In this document: one piece after another, positions 9,023 through 20,465 of the stretch
Numbering within the stretch: position 1 is the stretch's first letter
Layout of the letters: each line of letters begins with the position of its first letter
NCBI GenBank assembly: GCA_900128585.1
Contig: LT642180.1
Location: 1 to 40,821 of the forward strand
DNA from: Stramenopiles sp. TOSAG23-3
Lineage: Eukaryota
Direction of reading: 5' to 3'
Length of the DNA stretch: 40,821 nt
Notes under the pieces: generated by a model
Seen by the model: only the letters and a program-made list of their open reading frames with translations
Database searches by the model: none
What the model was told of the DNA's origin: nothing
Program-made: the position numbers and the translations under genes

Positions 9023-10603
9023 CTACCCTCTCCCCGTACGGTACCCTACTCTCGGCTGCCCTCTCCAATTTGCGGAGGCTTTCCTCCCCAATGGCATTTT
9101 TTTCTTCTTCCCTTGGTACCCTCTATTGCGACCGTTTTGTACAGACGTTGTAGGCGAAACAATTTGCTTTGGGGCAGCTGCGGCTTGGATTTTCCCCATT
9201 TGCTGTTGGTACTGGTGTTGGTTGTTAAATACCACAGGCACAAACGGCTCTATCGTGCTGGTCAGTTGGTCTATTTTTTCGCTCATCACGTTCAACTCAT
9301 TTAAGAATACATAAAACATTCGACCATCTCTTTTCTTGTGCTTAAGAATGCTGCAAGCCATCTCAAGGGCTGTAAGGGCGCGCTGACGCTCCGCTCGTGC
9401 CTGTGATAGTTCGTGCACCAGCCGACCATTTTGCTTCTCTTTGTAGGCGACAGATTGCTCTACTTTGATCCGATGTTTCATATTCCGTAGATTGGCCTGT
9501 TTCTCCTTTATTTCTGATACTGCGGCACTCCAAGCGTCCATTGTGGCACGATTGTCCTTCAGTTCATCGTTCATCTTTTTCAAAAGCCCGCGCTTTTTTC
9601 TACTCGCCCCTTTTTCATTTGCAATCTTTATTCTCAAAAATTCAAGGCTTTTCTCCAGCTCCATCAGTTCAGCCACGGACGCCTCGTCTGCGACTTCCTC
9701 CACGGGAATGTCGCCCACCGAAATTTCTTCGATCGGTTCAGGTTCTGGAAATTTTCCGAACTGAATATAGTGCGACTGGGGCTTTGCTGCCGTTCTAGAC
9801 CCTTTCCCTTCAAGGTTCGACCGGCGCGGTCTTGTCATCGCCATCAGTTTGCTCCGCCCTCCAGCAAGCTCGGGCGCGTCGATATGAATTACAACAGACT
9901 TTTTTCTATGTTGAGGGGTATGTTGGGGGCGTTTTTTCGGGGGCGTTCGTTTCACTTTCCTTTGCAACGAGGGACTAAGCTTGCTTTTGCCTTTGCTTTC
10001 GGGTTCTGCACGCGGTTTTAATAGCTTCTTTTCCTCCCTGTTCAATCTGGCGTGTGGAATTTTAGTTTGCTTCTTATGTACAGGAGAGTTTTTACGGTTG
10101 CTGCGCCCTCGATATAGTGCTTGAATTTTGGTTGCTGCGTTCTCCGATTCTACCCATTGCTGAATTCTGTCGTTGTCCTCTTTTAGTTTTCTTTGCGTTT
10201 CCCGCTCGTTTCTCCCCCTTAACCTGGCCTGTATTTTGACAACTGCCGCGCCCTGCTCTTGTAGCAATTTTCTCTCTTTCGCATGATTCGCAGCATTTCT
10301 ACCTTTCTTTCCTCGTTGCAGTGCTTGAATCTTCAATGCCGCCTGCTTTCTCTGCTCGAGTTCAAGTCTGTTTTTTTCTATCATCTCGTTGAACGCTGGA
10401 TCCTCCTCTTCACTTACATCGTCCATTAGGTCTAAATCATACGGCGCGTCTATACCCTCGTCGTCCAAGTCATCAAAATCAAAATTGTCGTTTTCAACGG
10501 CCTCTGCCCCTTGATCGTAATTTTCCACCAGCCCTTCATCCAACTCCAGGGTCCATCCTTCTTCATCACTCGAAACGAGGTTCGTTGAATCATAATCACT
10601 CAT
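9023..10603 (-). CDS. IQ calmodulin-binding motif, coiled-coil protein
   Basis: Three IQ motifs (IQALQRGKKGR, IQARLRGRNER, IQALYRGRSNR), acidic N-terminus, C-terminal coiled coil; 526-aa ORF. Confidence 0.8.
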   Translation of the reverse strand: MSDYDSTNLVSSDEEGWTLELDEGLVENYDQGAEAVENDNFDFDDLDDEGIDAPYDLDLMDDVSEEEDPAFNEMIEKNRLELEQRKQAALKIQALQRGKKGRNAANHAKERKLLQEQGAAVVKIQARLRGRNERETQRKLKEDNDRIQQWVESENAATKIQALYRGRSNRKNSPVHKKQTKIPHARLNREEKKLLKPRAEPESKGKSKLSPSLQRKVKRTPPKKRPQHTPQHRKKSVVIHIDAPELAGGRSKLMAMTRPRRSNLEGKGSRTAAKPQSHYIQFGKFPEPEPIEEISVGDIPVEEVADEASVAELMELEKSLEFLRIKIANEKGASRKKRGLLKKMNDELKDNRATMDAWSAAVSEIKEKQANLRNMKHRIKVEQSVAYKEKQNGRLVHELSQARAERQRALTALEMACSILKHKKRDGRMFYVFLNELNVMSEKIDQLTSTIEPFVPVVFNNQHQYQQQMGKIQAAAAPKQIVSPTTSVQNGRNRGYQGKKKKMPLGRKASANWRGQPRVGYRTGRG

Positions 10604-11477
10604 GCTGTACCAAGGAACACGAGGCTCTTATGCAGAACGACCACGCGCACACTTTCGTGTTTGCAGTAAATGTAAATGAAAACAAAATCATCATTACATG
10701 AATAATTCAACCTTTGATTATAAAATATTACAAACCTTATATAGAAATATAAATTCACTCAAATATTTTTCGTTGTGCTTGGTATACTTGGTATAGTAGT
10801 TGTATATATATTTAAATACAAAAGTAACGGGTAGAAATAGACACACTATCTATTAATTATAAATAAATAAATAACGAGTCAGGAGTCAGGAGTCAAGCCG
10901 CCACATTATATCTTAGTTAAGAAGAAGAAGAACAAATCTATTTTTAAATTCTCTTTTTTTTTGCTTAAATATTATAGTAGTGCCACTTATTGGCACTTAT
11001 AGGCACTTAAGACTAGTTATATAATAATTAGACTAGACTAATTTCCGAGTCGTCTTCTCTTTAAATGTTTCTTTCCTTCTTTTTGTTCTTGTCAACGATA
11101 TTGTTTCCATAGTGCCCTTTGATAAAGGTGTATATTGTACAGTACTTGTATAATCATTTCATTATTCTAAATAATGAGTATTCCTATCTAATCTATATAT
11201 TTCTTTTTTTTAAATTTTATTTAGTCCTCGTATAATAATAATAATACTTCTTCTTTTTTTTTTATAATAATATTATAATTCATATTATAATATTATTTTT
11301 CAATAATAATTATAAAAAAAAAATTGTTGATTCTTGTTGTTTTTGACTTTTCTTTGTTGGTGAACTTTTCTTATTCGACAATAAGTAAAAATGCATCGCG
11401 CGTTTTGTGTATAATGATTATCCTCAAATAATTTGTCACGTTTTAAACCACTGTCATCCCTGTGTCGTGATTGAATC

Positions 11478-12431
11478 ATGGGAAATAGTGCACCAGGGGC
11501 AGGTTTGCTCCGTGCCGTGGAAGATGGCAACTTAGTGGAAGTAAGAAAATGTCTTGGGTCAGGTGGCACGGTCAACGTGAACGAGTCTCGAAATAAGTAT
11601 GGGAAGTCAGCGTTAGAAATTGCCGTGGCAGCTCGTGATGGCGCATTAGTAGACTGTTTGCTGGCTGCTGGTGCAAACCCAGGTGTGTCAAACTCGTACA
11701 ACAACACGCCTTTGCACACTGCGGCGGGTTCCGGCGAAACTGTTATTGTAGACTTGCTGTTGAAGTACAAGGCACACCCGAGCGTGGTTAATATGGACGG
11801 AATGACACCATTGGATTGTTGCCTTCACTGGGAAAGATCCCAGCCAGCGCGCGCAACGAGCTGGCAGCAAATGCGTTGCGCTGCTATTCTACTGGCCTAC
11901 GGCGGGTACGCAGTAAAGTTTTCGTCGGGAAACCCCAACGCCGCTGCTACCGCGGTTCCCATCGGGGATGGCGCAAAGCTGACGTCGGGTGTGGCGACTA
12001 CCGTCCCAGTATCGGTCGATATCGTCCCCGTCGTCAACGCCGTTCCTGTTGATTTTGCCACGTTACTAGCTGTCCCTAGTTACTACAACCAGCACATACC
12101 TGGGACAGGGGTCCCAGTTGTCAAGGTAGAAGCGAGTGGCGCACAGATCAGCACTCAGTGGACCGCTTTGTTGAATCGATTTTCAAGTTGCACCGACGCA
12201 GAAGCACTGTTCACATGTTTGCAAGAGATTTCTGCAGTGTTACAATCCTCTTTAGCTAGCGACGGCAATGCTGCGGATCGCGAATTTTTGATTTCTCAGA
12301 AGCCTCACTTTATAGCCATCGGAACCTATAAATTTACAGGTTCCCCTCAAATTTGGAGTGCACAAGTAGCACAGTTGTACTCAAAAGTCTGCTGTCAATT
12401 TCAATTCCAGGCAGCATATTATAAAAATTAA
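11478..12431 (+). CDS. Ankyrin-repeat protein, probably N-myristoylated
   Basis: MGNSAP start; ANK repeats GKSALEIAV, NNTPLHTAAGSG, GMTPLDCC. Confidence 0.88.
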   Translation: MGNSAPGAGLLRAVEDGNLVEVRKCLGSGGTVNVNESRNKYGKSALEIAVAARDGALVDCLLAAGANPGVSNSYNNTPLHTAAGSGETVIVDLLLKYKAHPSVVNMDGMTPLDCCLHWERSQPARATSWQQMRCAAILLAYGGYAVKFSSGNPNAAATAVPIGDGAKLTSGVATTVPVSVDIVPVVNAVPVDFATLLAVPSYYNQHIPGTGVPVVKVEASGAQISTQWTALLNRFSSCTDAEALFTCLQEISAVLQSSLASDGNAADREFLISQKPHFIAIGTYKFTGSPQIWSAQVAQLYSKVCCQFQFQAAYYKN

Positions 12432-13441
12432 TACTAATATTTTGTACTATTAATGAACATATTCCTATTCATAAAATCAATCGAAACATCACGCACAAAT
12501 ATACTATACACACAATATTGAAACTATTCACCCAATTCCTTATTTTCTTCTTTTATTTTTCCTATATCTATAATACTATACATTTCAGTATTCTATTCAT
12601 TTTATTTTTCGCTATTTTTCCAAGAGAAGAGAGAGGAGAAGAGAAGAAAAAGAAAAAGAGGAAAGAAAGAAAAGAAAGACGAACAAAAAAAGAAAGAAAG
12701 AATAATGATTAATAAAATAATACAGTAATAATAGAAGAAGAAGAAGAAGAAAAAAACATTGAAGGAAGGAAAGAAAGAAGACACTCTCTACTCTACAGTC
12801 TTCTACATTATAACATATACACAGGATAGAAAAAAGCATCGCCACCACCAATCCCTTTTATATAGCTATAGTGAGGAGACATAATTCTCGGCCTTTGATT
12901 GACACAGCTCCAACTCTCATCTCTCAACTGTGGCACTACGTAAGCGTAAGCTCACACAGTATACACAAAAGTATAGCTAAATAGACCAGACCACTTTATT
13001 ATATTTTTTTATAATGATGATGTTAGTTGTGTGTTTATATAATAATTTAATTAAATAATACCACCACCAGGTATATAACATACACAGAGCACCAAGATAA
13101 TGGATAATAATAATAAAAAAATCATCATCATTAATTTATTTTATTATTTGTTTTGTTGTTTGTTGAGCGAATTATTTCTTTCATTTTAGTTTAGTTTAAA
13201 TCAGCAGGACGACCGGGGTTCACTTCCACTACACCACTATGACACACTTTTGATTTATAAATTTGATTGCCTTGCGTACATTCCAGATGGATTGCTAATT
13301 ATATTGTCACGCACAAACACTTTTGAATTTTGAGTTGGTAAACATCGTTCCCCACGACGCAGCTATTACACCTACGGCAAGTTGCAAAGGTCAGTTTTCT
13401 CCATTACCCCCCTGCAACACGTTGACGTTCGATCGGGCACC

Positions 13442-14281
13442 ATGGACGTTCTGGACTTGTTGTTTATCTCGACCTTGGTCGGTTCTGTGTATTTGGTTTA
13501 TAAATTCAAGATAGGACAGAAGATTCAAAAGATGTTTTTCAAACCTGATACAGATTCAGCACTTAAATATTTGAGAGCGGTGGACCCACTCAGTGGTGAG
13601 ATATGCGAGCGGTCGGGGGAAGAAGAGAGAGGCTTTGGCTGGGGCGATTTTTACGATGTACGTATACCAGTAAAGCAAATTAGGGAATATGAATTGGCAT
13701 CTGCTCATGCAAAGGAACACAAAGGCGTGCCCTCGGACGAGCAGCTGCAGCAAATGCTGCTAATCCGGGCCATTGCTTGCATTCCAGCCTTCCGTAGAAT
13801 TGAAAACGAAACTCCGGAAATGGAGGCCTGCTTTAAGAAGGGCAACCTCCCAGAGACCAACTGGAAAGAAGTCCGGGCGGCACGGGATTGGATGAACGAG
13901 GAGTTCATGGAGATCCAAGCAGAGGCAAACAGGCTCATTGAGGGTTGGGGGGCCCATATCATTGGCCACGCGGTGCAAAAGTACGACGAAATAACGCATC
14001 AAAGGCACGCGCACGAAATGGCCCAGCGCGAGGAAATGATGAAGGCCAGGCGCCGCAAAGCCGCGCGAAGCCAACAAAAGCACGACAAGGAAATCGAACG
14101 GCAGCAAGAAGTGAAGCGCCAGCGCGCAGCGGACAAAATGGCAGAGCAGATTTTGGAAGAAGAACAGGCCAACAGCCCCCGAGAGAGCCCAAAAGAGGGC
14201 TTGAAGCAGCGCAAGAAGGTGGACAGTTCTCCAACAAAGGGAAAAAAGAAGGCAGGGTTAAAGAAAGGCTTTCTGAACTGA
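13442..14281 (+). CDS. SEC66: Sec62/63 translocation complex subunit Sec66 (Sec71)-like
   Basis: N-terminal TM; Sec66-like core LQQMLLIRAI...KKGNLPETNW...EIQAEANRLIEGWGAHII. First ATG is at 13442. Confidence 0.75.
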   Translation: MDVLDLLFISTLVGSVYLVYKFKIGQKIQKMFFKPDTDSALKYLRAVDPLSGEICERSGEEERGFGWGDFYDVRIPVKQIREYELASAHAKEHKGVPSDEQLQQMLLIRAIACIPAFRRIENETPEMEACFKKGNLPETNWKEVRAARDWMNEEFMEIQAEANRLIEGWGAHIIGHAVQKYDEITHQRHAHEMAQREEMMKARRRKAARSQQKHDKEIERQQEVKRQRAADKMAEQILEEEQANSPRESPKEGLKQRKKVDSSPTKGKKKAGLKKGFLN

Positions 14282-14595
14282 ACCTGCAGGTAAACACAGC
14301 ACACTGTTGTCGTTTAGTCGCACTACATTTGTTCACGAGGAGGGAAAATTTTCTAAATTTAACTTAAGTTTTAAAAGGTTTTGTCAGTTTAATGATTCAA
14401 CGTATACTCCGTTGCTCTTTTCAAGTTAAGAAGAAAGAGAAACATTTTAGATATTAATTCAAATTTGTTTTTTTATAATTCAAATTTAAGTCCCTCGATA
14501 TTGAAAAAACACTCTCTGTGGGTTGATTTGAAATGCGTTCTGCCTCTCCGTACGAAAAGTGAACCAAGTACTTAGTAGTTGTTAGTATCATAAAT

Positions 14596-14615
14596 CTTAA
14601 ATAACAGCCAATTTT
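14596..14615 (+). repeat. Convergent-gap micro-element copy
   Basis: cttaaataacagccaatttt. Confidence 0.85.
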
Positions 14616-14760
14616 TCGGTGCTAAATTTTTTGTGTTTCAATTGATATCTGAAATTTAAATTAACTTTATATCTCAAAATAGTTATACACACAAGCCGAA
14701 AACGAATTCCCCCTGCTCCAGCAAGGCAACAAGTCTCTCATCTCATTCTGATAAACTTGA

Positions 14761-15321
14761 TTAGAACCCCGTGGATACGATCCGAATGGCATTTATCCTC
14801 GTCTTGATTTTCGCCTTCTCCGTTTCTATTCCAACTATCATAGTCTTTATGTCTTCAGCAGCCCCGTTGGTAACACCATTCTCCAGCGTTTCTCTCAAAT
14901 TTGATTCTTTCCGGCGCAAGCTGGTCAATTCCTCACGGAGTCTGACCCGTTCGTCGCTTGCCCCAGCAGTGTCTTGCTTCGCCCTTATTTCCTGTTCCGG
15001 AAACTCTTGTTGCGGCTCAGCGGGTTCAGGCAACGATCTGCCGGCTAGAACTTCATTCACAACGTCCTGGTCTTCTAACGTCGACCCATCCAGCAAGTCG
15101 CCAGTTTTGTTCCATTTGTACAAAAGCGAACAAAAGAGCAAAAAACCACCGGCTGCTAAGCCACGGGACAGTGCCGTGTTCCGTACCTCCGGAGGAGGCG
15201 GGGGAGGAGACAAACCGAACTCCTTCGTCGAAAACGCCGTTTTCCGAAAGGCTTGAATCTGCACCGATCTACTACAGACTCTACTTTTGCCAAGAAAGGC
15301 AACACCATATAGCCTTAACAT
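14761..15321 (-). CDS. Hypothetical single-TM coiled-coil protein, probable mitochondrial presequence
   Basis: From ATG 15321: MLRLYGVAFLGKSRVCSRSVQIQAFRKTAFS (R/S-rich, no acidic residues), a TM segment (GLAAGGFLLFCSLLY) and a coiled-coil C-terminus. Confidence 0.6.
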   Translation of the reverse strand: MLRLYGVAFLGKSRVCSRSVQIQAFRKTAFSTKEFGLSPPPPPPEVRNTALSRGLAAGGFLLFCSLLYKWNKTGDLLDGSTLEDQDVVNEVLAGRSLPEPAEPQQEFPEQEIRAKQDTAGASDERVRLREELTSLRRKESNLRETLENGVTNGAAEDIKTMIVGIETEKAKIKTRINAIRIVSTGF

Positions 15322-16181
15322 GTCGCGAGAAACTCCAAACGTATACAAACTGTACTCACAGAAAACGGCTATTCCAGGCAATAGTCACGCGACGAGTGGA
15401 AGTGGATTTCCTTCAATTCAATAAGGTGTGTAAATATATATAAGAATATCTTTCTATCTCAATCTACCAACGTAAGTAAGACAGAGGATATTTCTCAAAT
15501 GCTGACGTATATCAAAATCAATCGTTTCTATAATAATTATTATTAATTATTATAGAAAATACATTCATACGACGGACGGACGACAAAAAGAATAAAATAA
15601 TTATTATAATTGGCCCCAACACCCAACAACAGACCAACAGAGACGACTTCTTAATTATTCTCTTTTTTTTTATTTCTTCCGCCGTACCCCAGGAGGTAGG
15701 TAATATATTAATACCAGGTACGGAACCGGTGGAAGACGACTAGTAAATTTTTAATTGTGTAATATATAATTATCTATATAGAGAACTGACTAAAAAAATA
15801 TTAATAAAAAATAAAAATATACTGTAATACTGTACCGGTACAGAACTGTACTGTAATAAAAAAACATTTTTTCTTTCTTCTTCTCTTCTTCTTCTTTTTC
15901 TTCCAAATAATTAATAATTATTACTAATTTTATTTCATCATTAAAAAAAAAAGGAAAAATGAAAGAATAAGAAGGATGATGTGTCCTGTATTGGAGATGT
16001 ACAATAGGAGAATAGTAAAGGAATTCAAATTTTGTTGAATATTGTTGTGTGCGTGTTGTTTGAAAGAAAGAAACCAATTCAATGGTTTGGAGAGTATTAC
16101 ATAAAGCTTACGATTCATAACCATGGTTTACAAAAGAATGAGATGATACGATAGAATTACTCATCCTACACACGACATTGT

Positions 16182-16511
16182 TTACTCTGATGGGTGGAAC
16201 ATTCCTTTGAACTGGCTGTTTTGGAACTGCGTGAGTTTCAAGTATTGGTCCATATCTACCTCGTTCCAGGGGGTGTTTTTGAATTCCTGAACTTCTGCAG
16301 CTCCAGTTGCACGGCCAACAATTTCCACGTACGGGGAGTCATACGAACCGCCTCCACCTTGGGCTCGCACGATATTAATCGTGGTGCCATCTGCTGCTTG
16401 AACCTGCGCGTTCGACCCGTCGTCACTGAGGACCTTCCCCATCAATATGACACTTTTTCCGCTGTGTTGTTGGACATCGCTTCCACTTAGTCTTGGCATG
16501 TATCCTTCCAT
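16182..16511 (-). CDS. RPA3: Replication protein A 14-kDa subunit
   Basis: 109-aa OB fold: PRLSGSDV...GKSVILMGKV...AADG...YVEIVGR...VDMDQY. Confidence 0.85.
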   Translation of the reverse strand: MEGYMPRLSGSDVQQHSGKSVILMGKVLSDDGSNAQVQAADGTTINIVRAQGGGGSYDSPYVEIVGRATGAAEVQEFKNTPWNEVDMDQYLKLTQFQNSQFKGMFHPSE

Positions 16512-16792
16512 TGTATCCTGTTCGCTCGTAGTTTATCTCTCTCTCTCTCTCTGAATTTAGTCGTGTATGAAACGATTACTTTACTTACTGAAATGAAAAA
16601 ACTTCCGGGGTGTGAAAGGCACTTCGTATCAGTCTTCAATACTTATGTTATACATGTAAATGCCCGGCACGAAATCATATGAATCGTGTTTGTTAGTTTT
16701 GTTTGTGATAATAAATTAATAATAATAATAAAAAAAAAAATACAGTAATAATAATAAAAATTAAAAAAAAAAGAGAAGAACAACCTACCAGG

Positions 16793-16870
16793 AGAAGAAG
16801 AGAGTGAAGAAAGAAGAAGAAGAAGAAGAAGAAGAAGAAAAAAAGGGAAGAAGAAGGAGGCGAGAAGAAG
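16793..16870 (+). repeat. (GAA)n-rich purine tract
   Basis: Direct inspection. Confidence 0.85.
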
Positions 16871-17261
16871 GGGTAGTAAAATAAAATAACAACATTTATA
16901 TGCTATGATGATGTATTTTATAAAATGATTTTGATGCGCAACTCAATCGGGTCAATGAACAGGACAGAGCATTGATTCCAATAAAAATATATTGATTTGC
17001 GCGGGATTTAACAACAACCAATTTATATTTATAATTTGTATACATTTTATGACAGCCTATAAAATGAAATCAATTGGAAAGAATCAAAGAGTATGGATAT
17101 ATAAACGATGGAATTAAATGACGTAATATAGTACTATGTATTAATATTTACAAGTACAATATTGTTTGTACTTTTTTGTTATATTTTAATATTTACCTAA
17201 GCTATAATGATATAAACAACTGATGCGATGCTGTCCCCTGTGTGGTGCTTCAAATCAATCA

Positions 17262-17398
17262 CTTCCTTCTTCTTCTTTCTTCTTCTTCTTCTTCTTCTTC
17301 TTCTTCTTCTTCTTCTTCTTCTTCTTCTTCTTCTTCTTCTTCTTTTTCTTCTTTCTTTTTCTTCTTCTTCTTCTTCTTCTTTCTTCTTCTTCTTCTCT
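17262..17398 (+). repeat. (CTT)n microsatellite / pyrimidine tract
   Basis: Long near-perfect CTT run. Confidence 0.95.
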
Positions 17399-17749
17399 CA
17401 TGCTGTGTTTTTGTTTGTGTCAAGGGATCTCACCACAGCATCATCATCACTATTATTATTATTAAAAAAAATAATAATATAGACGACTACTGGTACAATA
17501 ATTTTAGTCTAGTCGAGACTAAAAAAATAATAATATAATAAAAAAAAGATATAATAAAATGTATTTACTATATATAATGCAAAGATGTTGAATAAATAGT
17601 AAAGGAAAAATCGGATTACTTGCCCGCGTGACACAAGCGGTGAATCAATCACCAAGTAAACAATTTCTAATTTTCCACCCCTTTCGCCGTTGGGGTAGTT
17701 GAGGGTCTGTTGACGACGAGAGTGTTTAGACGTGTTGCAAGCAAGCACG

Positions 17750-18403
17750 ATGATGGAGAAGTTAAGCGATAAGCTGAAACTGACGGGGGAGTGGCGTAAG
17801 GACAGCCGGACCATGCTGCGGCTGTACAGTTATCTTGATGCATTTCAGATTGGTTGTTGGTTTGTTACAGCCGTTGTATTTCAGTACCGGGCGAGCAAGG
17901 CGGCTTGTTCCCCTCTGTGGCGGGAGCATTTGTGCGCCTCGTCCATTGCACTGGACATGTTTGAGCCGTTTTTGTCTACCTTTGTCCCGGCCCTTGTTTT
18001 GTTTGGTTCGTACTGGAAGCTTCGAAAAGTTACCCGTTTCAACAGCGAAGATAGCTTGCCAAAGATGACCATCGCGTGCTTTATTCATCTGTACCTAAGC
18101 CTGGTCTACTTGTTGACGACAATATCCAGAAATTTTTGGTGGTTGATAGCGTTTGCTGCATTCGGCATTTTGCAAGATTTGCACATTTTGCTCCGGTTAA
18201 ACCTGCACTTTCGATTGGAGGAGTTTCCTAGCGAACAGAACGACAAAGGTCGTACCATGTGCGGGTGCATTCCTAGCCCCAAACAGTCTTCGTTTTTGTG
18301 GCCGTGCGCTTGGTTTGGAATATGCTTAGAATCTGTTCAACGAGATCGTAAACGTGATGAATGGCAACCAATGGAAACACAACCTTCAACAACCACGATT
18401 TGA
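17750..18403 (+). CDS. Hypothetical multi-pass membrane protein
   Basis: About four hydrophobic segments; coding-like GC content between AT-rich spacers; first ATG at 17750. Confidence 0.65.
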   Translation: MMEKLSDKLKLTGEWRKDSRTMLRLYSYLDAFQIGCWFVTAVVFQYRASKAACSPLWREHLCASSIALDMFEPFLSTFVPALVLFGSYWKLRKVTRFNSEDSLPKMTIACFIHLYLSLVYLLTTISRNFWWLIAFAAFGILQDLHILLRLNLHFRLEEFPSEQNDKGRTMCGCIPSPKQSSFLWPCAWFGICLESVQRDRKRDEWQPMETQPSTTTI

Positions 18404-18550
18404 GAAGATGTGGTAAGGAACATTATTTGAATAGGACATTAAATATAATTATAATTACAATCATTTGTATTAAATATATACTATATACTAATATGATACT
18501 ACTACTACGAGGACACTATAGGAATTAAAAAAAAAAAAAAGCGGACCTGG

Positions 18551-18586
18551 TACCTTGTACCGGTATTATACCTTGTACCGGTATTA
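18551..18586 (+). repeat. Exact 18-bp tandem duplication
   Basis: taccttgtaccggtatta x2. Confidence 0.9.
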
Positions 18587-18948
18587 ATACGTTAAAAAAA
18601 ATTATTATTAATACTACTACTGTACTATTACCATGGTAATTATATATTACTGTATATTATTTTATATATAAATGAAGAAAAAAAAGAAGAAGAAGAGGAA
18701 GGAGGAGATAATAATAATTACTACAGAAAAAAAAATAAAATGCGTTGTTCAATGCTTCATTATATCAACAATTTTTTTCCTTCTTCTCTGATTAATTTTG
18801 CTGTTAACTTTAGAAGAAAAATCGAGTAAGGCAGTGGATTACGTGCGCGCTCGCGTCTTGTTCGTGGTTCCTTGGAGTGAGGAATATTTTATTTGTTGAG
18901 TTAGAGGAAACGTTGCTGTTCAGGGCTGTCAAGGAACGGCGGTGTCCA

Positions 18949-20232
18949 ATGCCCACTGAAAAGTATGTCGAGACTGTGGGGGCGACTGCAATAGAGAAGG
19001 TTCTAGAGTTAGATTCGAAGCGTTTACATGGAATAGAGTCGCTGGAGAAATTCACAAAGTGCTTTCATGAAGAAGACGACGTGTACAGGTGTATTTACAG
19101 GGAAGAGTGGAGGACCAAAAAGGAAAAAATGCTGGTGGACGAGATCGAACGGTCCGGTATATTTAGAAAATCGGAAGTGCTAAAAGCACAGGGTGTAGAG
19201 TTGAAAACGTTTACGGAGTTGCAACAGTTGCTCTCGAAGCGCAGGGAAGAGTTTAAAAACGCCCTAATTGTATGCTTGAACTCCAAAGCCGACAAGGCCG
19301 CAGCCATACAAAGGGTCGTTCGACGATTCATCAGAAAGTTAAAGTTCAAACCCATAGAAGAGCATTTTGAAACTGTCCGCAAGAAGAACACTGTCAAACG
19401 GATACAGAAATGGTGGCGCTGGAGGCGAAACGCACACAAATGGCGAATGCACTGGGTGGATATGGGTGGACACGCGGCGATGGAGAAGTTAGAGGAGCTG
19501 CACGCTCGAAACATGCACTTGTTAGCTGGCGAGGGGCTCTCGAACGATACGCTGGATGACCCGAAGTTGCGGCGGAGGTACCACTTGGAGGTCTTGAGGG
19601 ACATCGTCATCATGCAATCGTGCGCGCGGCGTTGGTTCGCGTACAGACAGGTAAAATGGATGAAAGCGTTGATTCAAACAAAGAAGAGGAACCGGCGCCG
19701 AAACGCTTGGCAGCAGTTAAAGGGAGGGAACACACTTCCCGACCGAAGAGAGTACAGGCAGAAGCACGAGGAGTTAATCACTTGGTTTGTAAATGTAAAG
19801 AACGAAACAGCCAGGGTTGACCATGAAATTGCGATGGAACAGAAAAGGGTTGGGAAAGCCTTTCAGAAGTGGGACGAGAAGATGACCACGATTGTGCTCA
19901 GTCGGCCCTTGGGGAGAGACTGGTTGCCTCAGGTCGACAGCAAAAGCGGCGAAACGTCAAGTTACCTGAACCTGAAAACAGGAAAACAGCAGCCTGAGCA
20001 CCCACACATGCGCTACATCAAGACCTACCGCAAGCGTGAGTTCTCCAAAGCACAGGGGTTGTTGAACCAGCGAGTGGGGAATTTGACCAAGTACAAGACA
20101 AATTTGCTGGACAGCGAGCGAGTTCACCGATCCAAAATTTTCGATGAGATGCAAGGTATAATTAATAGAAAGGCCCCGATCATTCCAGTCGTAGACTTTT
20201 TTCATGGAACGAGCGTAGGTAGGAAAAAGTAA
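18949..20232 (+). CDS. IQ-motif protein with degenerate WW-like segment
   Basis: IQRVVRRFIRK, IQKWWRWRR, MQSCARRWFAY; LGRDWLPQVDSKSGETSSYLNLKTGKQQPEHP is WW-like. First ATG is at 18949. Confidence 0.7.
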   Translation: MPTEKYVETVGATAIEKVLELDSKRLHGIESLEKFTKCFHEEDDVYRCIYREEWRTKKEKMLVDEIERSGIFRKSEVLKAQGVELKTFTELQQLLSKRREEFKNALIVCLNSKADKAAAIQRVVRRFIRKLKFKPIEEHFETVRKKNTVKRIQKWWRWRRNAHKWRMHWVDMGGHAAMEKLEELHARNMHLLAGEGLSNDTLDDPKLRRRYHLEVLRDIVIMQSCARRWFAYRQVKWMKALIQTKKRNRRRNAWQQLKGGNTLPDRREYRQKHEELITWFVNVKNETARVDHEIAMEQKRVGKAFQKWDEKMTTIVLSRPLGRDWLPQVDSKSGETSSYLNLKTGKQQPEHPHMRYIKTYRKREFSKAQGLLNQRVGNLTKYKTNLLDSERVHRSKIFDEMQGIINRKAPIIPVVDFFHGTSVGRKK

Positions 20233-20465
20233 GAAACGAAACGGTGGTGGTGTGAAGAAGGGAACAATTGAAGAGCACAAACAGTTTTATTTTGCTGGTA
20301 CGTTCCGAAATTAAATTTTGATAATCGATTATCATACTGGTACTAATTAGAAAAAATCAAAAAATAGGTCTAGACTACGTACAAAGTATGATTTAAGATA
20401 TCACGCATCACACTATCCACATTAATCTTCGGATTTGTTTACAAAAAAAACCCGCGATGGAACTG

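Noticed and set aside
12884-12900. ttctcggccttt resembles the 5' end of U2 snRNA
   Set aside because: The following GGCUAAGAUCAAGUGUAGUA branch-point-pairing region is absent.
17223-17538. Poly-F/L/S ORFs in the track (also 758-943, 12518-12851, 15790-16124, 31600-31797)
   Set aside because: They are translations of CTT/GAA/AT-rich microsatellite spacers.
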